Shown here piece by piece: positions 10,122 through 19,716 of a stretch of DNA of 43,582 bases. Both the position numbers and the translations under genes were made by a program. The first letter of the stretch is position 1; each line of letters opens with the position of its first letter. Source of the DNA: Stellaceae bacterium (lineage in GTDB: Bacteria; Pseudomonadota; Alphaproteobacteria; ATCC43930; CGMCC-115725). The notes beneath the pieces are model-generated. The model saw only the letters and a list, made by a program, of their open reading frames with translations. It was not told where the DNA came from and searched no databases. The stretch lies in the NCBI GenBank assembly GCA_035642295.1, contig DASQSR010000124.1:1-43582 (forward strand), given 5' to 3'.

Positions 10122-10540
10122 TCGTCACCTCCTTCGGCGCGCGGCGCCTCCTCGCGCTCGCGATCGCCATAGCCGCGACGGCCGCGCTCGCGGTCGCGGT
10201 CGCGCTCTTCGCCGCGCCCGCGGTTCTGCATCACCGCCGAGGGGCCCTCTTCGAGCGCGTCCACCCGAACCGTGAGATAGCGGATGACGTCCTCGTTGAT
10301 GCGCATGTTGCGCTCAAGCTCGTTCACCGCGGCCGGCGGTGCGTCGAGGTTGAGCAACACATAGTGTCCCTTGCGGTTCTTCTTGATGCGATAGGCGATG
10401 TTGCGCAGGCCCCAATATTCGCGCTTGGTGACCTGGCCGCCCTGCTCGCCGACCAAGGTGGTGAAGCCGTCGGCCAAGGCTTCGACCTGCGCCGCCGAGA
10501 TGTCCTGGCGCGCAATGAAGACGTTCTCGTAGAGAGGCAT
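10118..10540 (-). CDS. rpsF: 30S ribosomal protein S6
   Basis: 140 aa. [22 protein letters not shown]...[35 protein letters not shown], with an Arg/Asp/Glu-rich C-terminal tail. Confidence 0.96.
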   Translation of the reverse strand: MPLYENVFIARQDISAAQVEALADGFTTLVGEQGGQVTKREYWGLRNIAYRIKKNRKGHYVLLNLDAPPAAVNELERNMRINEDVIRYLTVRVDALEEGPSAVMQNRGRGEERDRDRERGRRGYGDREREEAPRAEGGDE

Positions 10541-10569
10541 GAAACCAGAAGCTCCTTATGGCTGTTCGC

Positions 10570-10613
10570 GGCCCGGCGCTGGTCGGATCGTCCGACGGTC
10601 AGCCGCCCGGGCC
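10570..10613 (-). promoter_or_regulatory. structured 5' leader hairpin of the rpsF-rpsR-rplI operon (candidate S6:S18 autoregulatory element)
   Basis: Minus-strand sequence is ggcccgggcggctgaccgtcggacgatccgaccagcgccgggcc. It folds by eye into about 18 bp: outer stem ggcccgg/ccgggcc and inner hairpin gtcgga-cga-tccgac, with G and ACC bulges. It lies between the predicted promoter and the aaggag RBS. Confidence 0.35.
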
Positions 10614-10644
10614 TAGCCGGCACCGGCCGGCAAGGAGGGGGCGG

Positions 10645-10672
10645 ACTATACACGAGGCGGGTCCGAACGCAA
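10645..10672 (-). promoter_or_regulatory. predicted sigma70-type promoter of the rpsF operon
   Basis: Minus strand reads TTGCGT, a 16-nt spacer, then TATAGT. It lies about 105 nt upstream of the rpsF ATG. Hexamer match by eye only. Confidence 0.35.
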
Positions 10673-10776
10673 GTCCGCGGGACCCTCGGCGGGCAGGCTT
10701 CTAGCCCCGGCAGTGACCCTAGACACTCTCTCGAGGCGGTGCTATCCCCTACCGCCGACTTTGCCGAGGACGTGCC

Positions 10777-11061
10777 ATGCCTCGTTGGCTCGTGATTGCC
10801 GCGCTCGCCGCTACCCTGGGCGCCTGCACTTTTCCGACTGACCCCGACCGCCTTGTCTTTGGCGTTTCCGGCGCCCGCCCCGCCGTGGCGACCTCGCCCA
10901 AGAACGACGAAGAAATGCGTCAGTTCCTCGACGCGAAGGTCAACCAGATCTGTACGCTCGGCTATGCTCCGGTGAAGGTTGAGACGCTCAGCGCCGAAGA
11001 CAAACAGCAAATCGTCGACGAGGAGCTCCGGTGCCGGGACTATCACCCGACTCTGTTCTGA
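10777..11061 (+). CDS. small hypothetical lipoprotein
   Basis: 94 aa. Signal peptide with lipobox (MPRWLVIAALAATLGAC). Two further Cys residues in the mature part. GC3-biased frame. Ends 13 nt before fabD. Confidence 0.6.
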   Translation: MPRWLVIAALAATLGACTFPTDPDRLVFGVSGARPAVATSPKNDEEMRQFLDAKVNQICTLGYAPVKVETLSAEDKQQIVDEELRCRDYHPTLF

Positions 11062-11074
11062 GCCAGCCGCGAGG

Positions 11075-12016
11075 ATGACGCGCGCACTGGTCTTTCCCGG
11101 ACAGGGCTCTCAAGCGGTCGGTATGGGACGCGAGCTGGCCGGCGCCTTTGGCGCCGCGCGCGACGTCTTCGCCGAGGTCGACGAGGCGCTGCGCCAGAAT
11201 CTGTCGCGGCTGATGTTCGAAGGCCCCGAGGCCGAGCTTACGCTGACCGAGAACGCGCAGCCGGCGCTGATGGCGGTGAGCCTCGCGGCGATGCGCGTGC
11301 TCGAGCGTGAAGCCGGTCTCGATCTCGGGCGCCACGTCGCCTTCGTCGCCGGCCACTCGTTGGGCGAGTACTCGGCGCTTGCGGCGGCACGGGCTTTCAC
11401 GCTCGCCGATGCGGCGCGCCTGTTGAAGCGGCGCGGCCAGGCGATGCAGCGGGCCGTTCCGGTGGGCGCCGGCGCGATGGCGGCGCTCCTCGGGCTCGAT
11501 CTCGAGGTGGCGCGCGCGGTGGCGGCCGAGGCCGCAGAGGGCGAGGTCTGCGCCGCCGCCAATGACAATGGCGGCGGCCAGATCGTGGTCAGCGGCGATC
11601 GGGCGGCGGTCGAGCGCGCCGTCGCGGTCGCCGCGGCAAAGGGCGCCAAGCGCTCGATCATGCTGCCGGTCAGCGCCCCCTTCCATTGCCGGCTGATGGC
11701 GCCGGCGGCGGACGCGATGGAAGAGGCTTTGGCCGAAGTGCCGATTCGCGAGCCGCACGTCCCGCTCGTCGCCAATGTCACGGCGGCCCCTGTCAGCGAT
11801 CCCGACGAGATCAGACGCCTCCTCGTCGAGCAGGTCACCGGTCTCGTACGCTGGCGCGAAAGCGTGCTGGGAATGAAGGCGGCGGGCGTCGATACGCTGG
11901 TCGAGATCGGCGCCGGTCGGGTGCTCGCCGGCCTTGCCAAGCGCATCGATCGCGAGCTGGCGGCCGTCTCTGTCGGCACGCCGGCGGAGATCGAAGCCTT
12001 CGCCAAGACCCTCTGA
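11075..12016 (+). CDS. fabD: malonyl CoA-ACP transacylase
   Basis: 313 aa from the ATG at 11075. VFPGQGSQAVGMG and the active-site motif GHSLGEYSAL. Confidence 0.94.
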   Translation: MTRALVFPGQGSQAVGMGRELAGAFGAARDVFAEVDEALRQNLSRLMFEGPEAELTLTENAQPALMAVSLAAMRVLEREAGLDLGRHVAFVAGHSLGEYSALAAARAFTLADAARLLKRRGQAMQRAVPVGAGAMAALLGLDLEVARAVAAEAAEGEVCAAANDNGGGQIVVSGDRAAVERAVAVAAAKGAKRSIMLPVSAPFHCRLMAPAADAMEEALAEVPIREPHVPLVANVTAAPVSDPDEIRRLLVEQVTGLVRWRESVLGMKAAGVDTLVEIGAGRVLAGLAKRIDRELAAVSVGTPAEIEAFAKTL

Positions 12017-12027
12017 GGATCACGCGC

Positions 12028-12765
12028 ATGTTCGATCTCGGCGGCAAAAGCGCGCTGGTCACCGGCGCTTCGGGCGGCATCGGCGCCGCGATCGCGCGCG
12101 CGCTCCATGCCGCGGGCGCCAAGGTCGTCCTGGCCGGGACCCGCCGCGAGGCGCTCGACGCGCTTGCCGCCGCGCTGGGCGAGCGCAGCTTTGTCGCGAC
12201 TGCCGAGCTTGCCGACCCCGGTGCCGGCGATGCGCTGGTCAAGGCTGCGGAGGCGGCGGCGGGCCAGCTCGATATCCTCGTCAACAATGCCGGCCTGACG
12301 CGCGACCAATTGGCGCTGCGGATGAAGGACGAGGACTGGCAGAAGGTGATCGACATCGATCTCACCGCCGGCTTCCGCCTGGCGCGTGCCGCGCTCCGCG
12401 GCATGATGAAGCGGCGCTGGGGCCGCATCATCGGCATCACCTCAGTGGTTGGCGTCGTCGGCAATCCCGGCCAAGCCAATTACGCCGCGGCCAAGGCGGG
12501 GATGATCGGCATGTCGAAGGCGCTGGCCGCCGAGGTGGCGAGTCGCGGCATCACCGTCAATTGCGTCGCTCCCGGCTTTATTGCGACCGCGATGACCGAC
12601 AGTCTCGGCGAGGACCAGCGCCAGCGCCTCGCGACGGCGATTCCGATGGGCCGGATCGGCACGCCCGAGGAGGTCGCGGCCTGTGTGTTATTCCTGGCAA
12701 GCGACGAGTCGCGCTACGTTACTGGCCACACCTTGCACGTTAATGGCGGAATGGCCATGATTTAG
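12028..12765 (+). CDS. fabG: 3-oxoacyl-ACP reductase
   Basis: 245 aa. [18 protein letters not shown], catalytic NYAAAKAG. Sits between fabD and acpP. Confidence 0.94.
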   Translation: MFDLGGKSALVTGASGGIGAAIARALHAAGAKVVLAGTRREALDALAAALGERSFVATAELADPGAGDALVKAAEAAAGQLDILVNNAGLTRDQLALRMKDEDWQKVIDIDLTAGFRLARAALRGMMKRRWGRIIGITSVVGVVGNPGQANYAAAKAGMIGMSKALAAEVASRGITVNCVAPGFIATAMTDSLGEDQRQRLATAIPMGRIGTPEEVAACVLFLASDESRYVTGHTLHVNGGMAMI

Positions 12766-12938
12766 GGTGCGACGGTGCGCCGGGGGCAATGCTGGCAAAC
12801 CGTCATGAACTATGTTATGTGACCGGCGCTTTCGGCCCGCTTGTCAGCGCGCCTATTGTCGGGCCTAGGCGCCTCGCCGCCCGGCGCGGCGCCGAAAGCC
12901 CAGTCGACAAGCCCGTTCACCCGTCGAGGTACAAACCT

Positions 12939-13172
12939 ATGAGCGATGTCGCCGAGCGAGTAAAAAAGATTGTGGTGGAGCATCTTGGCGTCGACGAGTC
13001 CAAGGTGACCGATAACGCCAGCTTCATCGACGATCTCGGAGCCGACAGCCTCGACACAGTCGAGCTGGTGATGGCGTTCGAGGAGGAATTCGGGTGCGAG
13101 ATTCCCGATGACGCCGCGGAAAAGATCGTGACCGTCAAGGACGCGGTCAACTTCATCGAGGCGCACAAATAG
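12939..13172 (+). CDS. acpP: acyl carrier protein
   Basis: 77 aa, with the phosphopantetheine-attachment site motif [20 protein letters not shown]. Confidence 0.97.
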   Translation: MSDVAERVKKIVVEHLGVDESKVTDNASFIDDLGADSLDTVELVMAFEEEFGCEIPDDAAEKIVTVKDAVNFIEAHK

Positions 13173-13215
13173 GGCCGCCGCCGCTGCTTCCAGCAATGTC
13201 ATTCAGTCTCAAGGC

Positions 13216-14478
13216 ATGAGACGCGTCGTCATCACCGGCATCGGCCTCGTCACTCCGCTGGGAGTGGGCGCCGAGCGCATTTGGAAACGCCTCATCGAGG
13301 GTCAGTCCGGCATCCGGGCCATCCAGAGCTTCGACGTCTCGGATCTGCCGGCCAAGATCGCCGGCCAGGTCCCGCGCGGCGATACGGCGTCGGGCGACTT
13401 CAACGCCGATGATTGGGTCGCCCCCAAGGAGCAGCGCAAGATGGACGAGTTCATCGTCTACGCGCTGGCGGCGGCCGAGCAGGCGGTCACCGATGCCGGC
13501 TGGAAGCCGCAAGGCGAGGAGGATCGCGAGCGCTCCGGCGTGATCATCGGCTCCGGCATTGGCGGTCTTCCCGGCATCACCGAAGGCGCGATTACGCTCC
13601 ACGAGCGCGGGCCGCGCCGCCTGTCGCCGTTTTTCATTCCGTCGAACCTGATCAATCTCGCGTCGGGGCACGTGTCCATCCGCTACGGCTTCACCGGCCC
13701 CAATCACGCCGTGGTCACCGCGTGCTCGACCGGCGCGCATGCGATCGGCGATGCGGCGCGTCTCATCATGTGGGACGACGCCGACGTCATGGTGTGCGGT
13801 GGCACCGAGGCCGCGATCTGCCGGCTGGGGATCGCCGGATTCGCCGCGGCGCGGGCGCTGTCGACGGCGTTCAACGATCAGCCGAGCCGCGCCTCGCGTC
13901 CGTGGGATGAGGCGCGCGACGGATTCGTCATGGGCGAGGGCGCCGGCATTCTCGTGCTCGAGGAACTCGAACACGCCAAGAAGCGCGGCGCCAAGATCTA
14001 CGCGGAGGTGGTCGGCTACGGCCTCTCGGGCGATGCGCATCACATCACCGCGCCGGCGGCGGACGGCAACGGCGCCTTCCGAGCCATGCGCAATGCGCTG
14101 AAGCGGGCGAACCTCGATCCCGAGCAGATCGACTACATCAATGCGCACGGCACGTCGACGCCGCTCGGCGACGAGATCGAGCTCGGCGCCGTCAAGCGGC
14201 TCTTCGGCGCCCACGCCTACCAACTGTCGATGTCATCCACGAAATCCTCGATCGGCCATCTCCTCGGCGCGGCCGGCAGCGTCGAGGCGATCTTCTCGAT
14301 TCTGGCGATGCGCGACGGGGTCGTGCCGCCGACGCTCAATCTCGAGAAGCCGTCGCCAAGCTGCGACATCGATCTGGTGCCGCTGCAGGCGAAGGAGCGG
14401 CCGGTGCGCTATGCGCTGTCCAACTCTTTCGGCTTCGGCGGCACCAACGCCTCGCTCGTCTTCGCGCAGGCGCCCTGA
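13216..14478 (+). CDS. fabF: beta-ketoacyl-ACP synthase II
   Basis: 420 aa. Active-site Cys in ACSTGAHAIGDA, His motifs HGTSTPLGD and GHLLGAAG, and C-terminal NSFGFGGTNASLVF. Confidence 0.95.
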   Translation: MRRVVITGIGLVTPLGVGAERIWKRLIEGQSGIRAIQSFDVSDLPAKIAGQVPRGDTASGDFNADDWVAPKEQRKMDEFIVYALAAAEQAVTDAGWKPQGEEDRERSGVIIGSGIGGLPGITEGAITLHERGPRRLSPFFIPSNLINLASGHVSIRYGFTGPNHAVVTACSTGAHAIGDAARLIMWDDADVMVCGGTEAAICRLGIAGFAAARALSTAFNDQPSRASRPWDEARDGFVMGEGAGILVLEELEHAKKRGAKIYAEVVGYGLSGDAHHITAPAADGNGAFRAMRNALKRANLDPEQIDYINAHGTSTPLGDEIELGAVKRLFGAHAYQLSMSSTKSSIGHLLGAAGSVEAIFSILAMRDGVVPPTLNLEKPSPSCDIDLVPLQAKERPVRYALSNSFGFGGTNASLVFAQAP

Positions 14479-15495
14479 ATGGCAAGCGGGCCGCGCCGGC
14501 TGTGGCTCGGCGCGGCGCTGCTTGTTCTGTTGGCGGCCGCCGGCACGGCCTTCTGGGCACGGCGCGACTACACCGCTCCCGGTCCGCTCGCGGCGAAGAA
14601 GATCGTCGTCATCCCGCACGGCGCCGGCGTCGGCGCCGTGGCCGCGCTTCTCGGCGAGACCGGCGTCATCGCCCATCCCTGGTCCTTCATCGCCGGTGTT
14701 GGCGTCGACCGCCGGCTCGGCGCGCTCAAGGCGGGCGAATACGAGTTCGCCGCCGCGATCAGCCCGCGCGCCGCGGCGGCACTGATCGCCAGCGGCCGGG
14801 TGGTGCAGCACCGCCTGACCGTGCCCGAGGGTCTCACCAGCGCCGAGATCGTCGCGCTCCTCCAGCAGCAGAGCGCGCTCGACGGCGCGGTCGACCGCAT
14901 GCCGCCGGAAGGCAGTCTTTTGCCGGATACCTACTTCTACGTGCTGGGCGATGGCCGGCAGGCGTTGCTGGCGCGCATGCATCGCGCCATGGAGCGGGCG
15001 CTGGCGGCAGCCTGGTCGGAGCGCGCCGCCGGTCTGCCGCTGGCAACCCCGGAGGAGGCGCTGACACTCGCCTCGATCGTCGAGAAAGAGACGGCGCGCG
15101 CCGATGAGCGGCCGCATGTCGCCGCGGTCTACCTCAACCGCCTCAAGCTCGGCATGAAGCTGCAAGCCGATCCGACGGTGGATTATGCGCTGACCGATGG
15201 CGGCGCGCACGCGCTCGATCATCCGTTGGGCCACGAGGATCTCGCGGTGGAGTCCCCATACAACACCTATCTTCATGCCGGCTTGCCGCCGACGCCGATC
15301 GACAATTCCGGCCTCGCCTCGCTGCGCGCGGTGTTGCACCCGGCGCAGAGCGACGATCTCTATTTCGTCGCCAATGGCAGCGGCGGCCATGCCTTCGCCC
15401 GCACCCTCGCCGAGCACAACCGCAACGTCGCCCAGCTCCGCCACGCCGTGCATGCGGAAGCTCCGGCGCCGCTCCCTGAAACGCGGCGGCCCTAG
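14479..15495 (+). CDS. mltG: endolytic murein transglycosylase MltG (YceG family)
   Basis: 338 aa. The ATG directly abuts the fabF stop. N-terminal TM helix. YceG blocks [24 protein letters not shown] and [18 protein letters not shown]. Confidence 0.9.
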   Translation: MASGPRRLWLGAALLVLLAAAGTAFWARRDYTAPGPLAAKKIVVIPHGAGVGAVAALLGETGVIAHPWSFIAGVGVDRRLGALKAGEYEFAAAISPRAAAALIASGRVVQHRLTVPEGLTSAEIVALLQQQSALDGAVDRMPPEGSLLPDTYFYVLGDGRQALLARMHRAMERALAAAWSERAAGLPLATPEEALTLASIVEKETARADERPHVAAVYLNRLKLGMKLQADPTVDYALTDGGAHALDHPLGHEDLAVESPYNTYLHAGLPPTPIDNSGLASLRAVLHPAQSDDLYFVANGSGGHAFARTLAEHNRNVAQLRHAVHAEAPAPLPETRRP

Positions 15496-16256
15496 CCCGA
15501 GCGGGCGAAGCGGCGGGTCAAGGCGTCGCTGAGCGAGGCCGGCAACGCGCCCAAGAGCCAGCTCGCGGCGGCGGTCGGCCAGGGAAACGCGATGCGGCCC
15601 TCATTGCGGGCGAGGCCGCGCGCAATGATGCCGGCGGCGCGCTCCGCCGGCATCAGGAAAGGCATGGCGAAGTGATTCCGCGCGGTCATGCGCGTGACGA
15701 CGAAGCCGGGACAGATCACCGACACGCGAACGCCGTCGGGCGCGAGCTGGACGCGCCAGGCTTCGCCCAGCGCCTTCACGGCCGCTTTCGACGCCGAGTA
15801 GGCGGGCGCGGTCGGCAGGCCGCGATAGCCCGCAAGCGAGCTCATCAGGCCGATCTGGCCGCGCCCGCGCGCGAGAAAGCGCGCCAGCACCGGATAGGCC
15901 GTGTTGAGCACGCCCTCGAGGTTGACGGCGAAGACGCGCCGCGCCGCGCCCTCATCCTCGCGCGTCCCTCCGGTTCCGGCGGAAATACCGGCATTGGCGA
16001 TCGCCAGGTCCAGCGGATGGCCGTCGTCCACGCGTTCGATCCAGGCCCGAAGTCCGGCGCGGTCGGTGACGTCGAGGGCGCGGAAATCGACGGCGGCGCC
16101 CTTGGCGCGGCACGCCTCGGCGACCGCGGCGAGTCGCGCTTCGTCGCGTCCTGAAAGCGCCAGGGCGACGCCCGGCGCCGCGTAGCGGCGAGCCAATGCT
16201 TCGCCGATGCCGCTTGAGGCGCCGGTGATGAGCAGGCTCCGGGGCGTGTCCGGCAT
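15492..16256 (-). CDS. SDR family oxidoreductase
   Basis: 254 aa. Cofactor motif [16 protein letters not shown], catalytic YSASKAAV. Its stop codon overlaps the mltG stop (shared CTAG). Confidence 0.88.
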   Translation of the reverse strand: MPDTPRSLLITGASSGIGEALARRYAAPGVALALSGRDEARLAAVAEACRAKGAAVDFRALDVTDRAGLRAWIERVDDGHPLDLAIANAGISAGTGGTREDEGAARRVFAVNLEGVLNTAYPVLARFLARGRGQIGLMSSLAGYRGLPTAPAYSASKAAVKALGEAWRVQLAPDGVRVSVICPGFVVTRMTARNHFAMPFLMPAERAAGIIARGLARNEGRIAFPWPTAAASWLLGALPASLSDALTRRFARSG

Positions 16257-16336
16257 GTCCCACGCGGTTTGTTGTTGCGCGATGCGACGAAGGCTATAAC
16301 CGCTGCGGTGCTCCGGCGTCGAGGGGGTGTGGACGC

Positions 16337-17224
16337 GTGACCGTCTCCAGCATGACCGGCTTTGCCCGTGCCGATGGGCACGAGGACGGGGTCTCCTGGG
16401 TCTGGGAAGTGAAGAGCGTCAACAGCAAGTCGCTCGACCTGCGCATTCGCCTGCCGCAAGGCTTCGAAGCGCTGGAGCTGCCGTTACGCGGCGTGCTGGC
16501 GCAACGGCTGAAGCGCGGCGCCGTGTCGATCACGCTGACGCTGACCAAGGCGGCTGGCCTCGGCGGCCTGCGCATCAACCGCGAAGCGCTCGCGCAGGTG
16601 GTCGCGCTGGCGCAAGAGCTGGTCGCCGAAGGCAAGGCGGTGACGCCGCGCGCCGACGGTCTCCTGGCGCTGCGCGGCGTGCTCGAGAGCGGCGAGGATG
16701 CCGAGGACGAGGCGGTCCGGGAGCGACGGCAAGCGGCGCTGGTCGAAAGCTTCGAGCGCGCGCTGGCGGGGCTCGCGGCGATGCGGATCGCGGAGGGCGA
16801 GCGGCTCATTCCGGCGATCGAGGCGCGCCTTGCGGAAATCGCGCGGCTCGTCGCCCAGGCCGAGGACAGCGCCGCCGCTCAGCCCGAAGCGCTGAAGGCC
16901 CGGATCACGGAGCTCGTGGCCCAATTGCTCGGCGCGTCGCCCTCGCTGCCGACGGATCGGCTGGCGCAGGAGGCCGCCCTGCTCGTCGCCAAAGCGGATG
17001 TCCGCGAGGAGCTGGATCGGCTTTCGGCGCATATCATCGCCGCCCAGGAACTGCTCGCCGAAGGCGGCGCCATCGGACGACGTTTCGACTTCCTGTGCCA
17101 GGAGTTCAACCGTGAGGCCAATACCCTCTGCTCCAAGGCGGCCGAGATGGCGCTGACGCGGGTCGGGCTCGACCTCAAGGCCTCGATCGAGCAGCTCCGC
17201 GAGCAGGTGCAGAACCTTGAATAG
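16337..17224 (+). CDS. yicC: YicC/YloC family stress-induced protein
   Basis: 295 aa (GTG at 16337; an alternative ATG at 16352 gives MTGFAR). N-terminal SMTGFAR and C-terminal EFNREANTLCSKA, both characteristic of the family. Upstream of gmk, as in many bacteria. Confidence 0.85.
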   Translation: MTVSSMTGFARADGHEDGVSWVWEVKSVNSKSLDLRIRLPQGFEALELPLRGVLAQRLKRGAVSITLTLTKAAGLGGLRINREALAQVVALAQELVAEGKAVTPRADGLLALRGVLESGEDAEDEAVRERRQAALVESFERALAGLAAMRIAEGERLIPAIEARLAEIARLVAQAEDSAAAQPEALKARITELVAQLLGASPSLPTDRLAQEAALLVAKADVREELDRLSAHIIAAQELLAEGGAIGRRFDFLCQEFNREANTLCSKAAEMALTRVGLDLKASIEQLREQVQNLE

Positions 17225-17872
17225 GTGCCGATGATGAACGCGCCCGCCATTGCCCGGCGCGGTATTCTGCTGGTGCTGTCCTCGCCCTCGGGGGCGGGCA
17301 AGACCACCATCACGCGCGAGCTCGTCGCGCGCGACCTCAACCTGCGGATCTCGGTGTCGGTGACGACGCGGCCGAAGCGCGCCGGCGAGATCGACGGCCA
17401 GCACTATCATTTCATCGACCGGCGCCGCTTCGACGCGATGGTGGCGAGGGGCGAGCTGCTCGAGCATGCGGTCGTCTTCGGCAACTGCTACGGCACGCCG
17501 CGCGCTCCGGTGGAAGCGGTGCTGAGCGCCGGCGGCGACATCGTCAGCGACATCGACTGGCAAGGAACGCAGCAGCTGAAATCGTCGGTGCGCGGCGACC
17601 TCGTCTCGGTCTTCATCCTGCCGCCGAGCATGGCCGCCCTCGAGCAGCGCCTGCGGACGCGTGCGCAGGACAGCGAGGAGGTCGTGCGCGCGCGCATGGC
17701 GAAGTCGACCGACGAGATGAGCCATTGGCCGGAATACGACTACATCATCGTCAACCGCGATCTCGACGACAGCGTCCGGCGGGTGGAGGCGATCCTCGCC
17801 GCCGAGCGCGTCAGGAACGACCGGCAGATCGGCCTCGCCGATTTCGTCAACCGCCTGCGGAGCGGGGGCTGA
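17225..17872 (+). CDS. gmk: guanylate kinase
   Basis: About 213-215 aa (GTG at 17225, or ATG at 17231 or 17234). P-loop [12 protein letters not shown], with [17 protein letters not shown]. Confidence 0.93.
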   Translation: MPMMNAPAIARRGILLVLSSPSGAGKTTITRELVARDLNLRISVSVTTRPKRAGEIDGQHYHFIDRRRFDAMVARGELLEHAVVFGNCYGTPRAPVEAVLSAGGDIVSDIDWQGTQQLKSSVRGDLVSVFILPPSMAALEQRLRTRAQDSEEVVRARMAKSTDEMSHWPEYDYIIVNRDLDDSVRRVEAILAAERVRNDRQIGLADFVNRLRSGG

Positions 17873-18698
17873 GCGCGGCGTAGGCGCGGGCAAGCGCGCA
17901 GAATTGCACCACCGACAGCTCCTCGGCGCGCGCCGTCGGCTCGGCGCCCGCGCCGGCGATGAGCGCCTCGGTGTCGAGGTCGAGCGACTTGAGGCTCTGG
18001 CGCAGCATCTTGCGGCGCTGGCCGAAGCCCGCGGCCACCACGCGCTCGAGCGCTTCGGCGGGGCACGGCGCCAGCGGCTCGGCACGCGGCAGCAATTGCA
18101 CGACGCTCGACGTCACTTTGGGCGGCGGCACGAAGGCGCGGGGCGGGATGTCGAACAGGCGGCGCACCTCGCACCGCCATTGCGCCATCACCGACAGCCT
18201 GCCGTAGTCGCGCGAGCGCGGCGCGGCCGCGAGCCGCAGCGCCACTTCCTTCTGGAACATCAGCGTCAGGCTCTCGAACGCCTGGGCGGCGCGCAGCCAG
18301 GCGAGGAGCAGCGGCGTTGCGATATTGTAGGGCAGGTTGGCGACGATCTTGCGCGGCGGCGGCGCGAGATCGGCCGCGTCGACCGCGAGCGCATCGGCTT
18401 CGACGATGCGCAGCCGGTCGGGAAACGCCGCGGCGAGCTCGGCGAGGGCCGCGACGCACCGCGGATCCCGCTCTACGGCCGTGACGTGGCGCGCGCCCGC
18501 CAGCAGCAGGGCACGCGTGAGGCCGCCCGGGCCCGGCCCGATCTCGATCACGTTGGCCTGCTCGAGCGGTGCGGCCGCTCGCGCGATGCGGCCGGTGAGG
18601 TTGAGGTCGAGCAGGAAATTCTGGCCGAGCGACTTGCGCGCTGCGAGCTGGTGCCGCCGGATCACCTCGCGCAGCGGCGGCAGCGCCGGTGCGGCCAT
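17847..18698 (-). CDS. rsmA: 16S rRNA (adenine1518/1519-N6)-dimethyltransferase
   Basis: 283 aa. [10 protein letters not shown] and SAM motif [12 protein letters not shown], plus NLPYNI. The 3' end overlaps the gmk 3' end by 26 nt. Confidence 0.92.
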   Translation of the reverse strand: MAAPALPPLREVIRRHQLAARKSLGQNFLLDLNLTGRIARAAAPLEQANVIEIGPGPGGLTRALLLAGARHVTAVERDPRCVAALAELAAAFPDRLRIVEADALAVDAADLAPPPRKIVANLPYNIATPLLLAWLRAAQAFESLTLMFQKEVALRLAAAPRSRDYGRLSVMAQWRCEVRRLFDIPPRAFVPPPKVTSSVVQLLPRAEPLAPCPAEALERVVAAGFGQRRKMLRQSLKSLDLDTEALIAGAGAEPTARAEELSVVQFCALARAYAALSPRSAGG

Positions 18699-18705
18699 CT
18701 GCCGC

Positions 18706-19716
18706 TCAGCCCGCGGCGCGATGTCGGCCCCGCATCGCCGCCATCTCGCCGGCGAGCCGCAGCGCCGCGATCAGGCTGGTGGGGTCCGCCCGGCCGGTTC
18801 CCGCGATGTCGAGGGCGGTGCCGTGGTCCGGCGATGTGCGGATGAAGGGGAGGCCGAGGGTCACATTGACGCCGCCGGCGAAATCGATGGTCTTGAGCGG
18901 GATCAGCGCCTGGTCGTGGTACATGCAGAGCGCCGCGTCGTAGCGCCGGCGCGCCGCCGGGTGAAAGAGCGTGTCCGCCGGCGCGGGGCCGGTGGCGTCG
19001 ATGCCGGCAGTGCGCAGAGCGGCGATCGCCGGCGCGATGATGTCGATCTCCTCGCGCCCGAGTGCGCCGTGTTCGCCCGCATGCGGGTTGAGTCCGGCGA
19101 CGGCCAGGCGCGGCCGTGCCACGCCGAAATCGCGCGCCAGCCCCGCGGCGGCGATGCGGCCGGCGGCGACAATGCGGTCGGTGGTGAGCGCGGCGAGCGC
19201 CTCGCGCAGCGGCTGGTGGATCGTGACCGGAACCACCCGCAGCTCGGCACACACCAGCATCATCGCCGGTGTCGCCCCTCCGGCCAGCTCGGCGAGGAAT
19301 TCGGTGTGTCCGGGATGCCGGAAGCCGGCGGCGTAGAGCGCTTCCTTCTGAATCGGGTTGGTGACGAGCGCCGCGGCCCGTCCAGCCGCCGTCAGCTGGG
19401 CGCCGGTGGCGATCGCGGCGATGACCGCGGGGGCGTTCGCCGGCTCGGGCCGGCCAGGTTCCTGGGCCTGCGGCAGCGCGAGCGGCAAGACCGGCAGCGC
19501 TTCGCCGAACGCGGCCGGCGTCTCTTCCGGCGCGGCGATGCGCCGGAGCTCGACACTCCAGCCGAGCCGCGCCCGAAGCGCCTCAAGCCGCGTCGGGTCG
19601 TCGATGAGGAAGAACGGCGGCACCCCGGCCTCCTGCCGTCGCAGCCAGGCGAGCAGCGCGACCTCGCCGCCGATGCCCGCCGGCTCACCCATGGTGAGCG
19701 CCAGCGGCAGGATCAT
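18706..19716 (-). CDS. pdxA: 4-hydroxythreonine-4-phosphate dehydrogenase
   Basis: 336 aa from the ATG at 19716 ([19 protein letters not shown]). [13 protein letters not shown] and [15 protein letters not shown]. The ATG overlaps the surA stop (ATGA). Confidence 0.92.
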   Translation of the reverse strand: MILPLALTMGEPAGIGGEVALLAWLRRQEAGVPPFFLIDDPTRLEALRARLGWSVELRRIAAPEETPAAFGEALPVLPLALPQAQEPGRPEPANAPAVIAAIATGAQLTAAGRAAALVTNPIQKEALYAAGFRHPGHTEFLAELAGGATPAMMLVCAELRVVPVTIHQPLREALAALTTDRIVAAGRIAAAGLARDFGVARPRLAVAGLNPHAGEHGALGREEIDIIAPAIAALRTAGIDATGPAPADTLFHPAARRRYDAALCMYHDQALIPLKTIDFAGGVNVTLGLPFIRTSPDHGTALDIAGTGRADPTSLIAALRLAGEMAAMRGRHRAAG

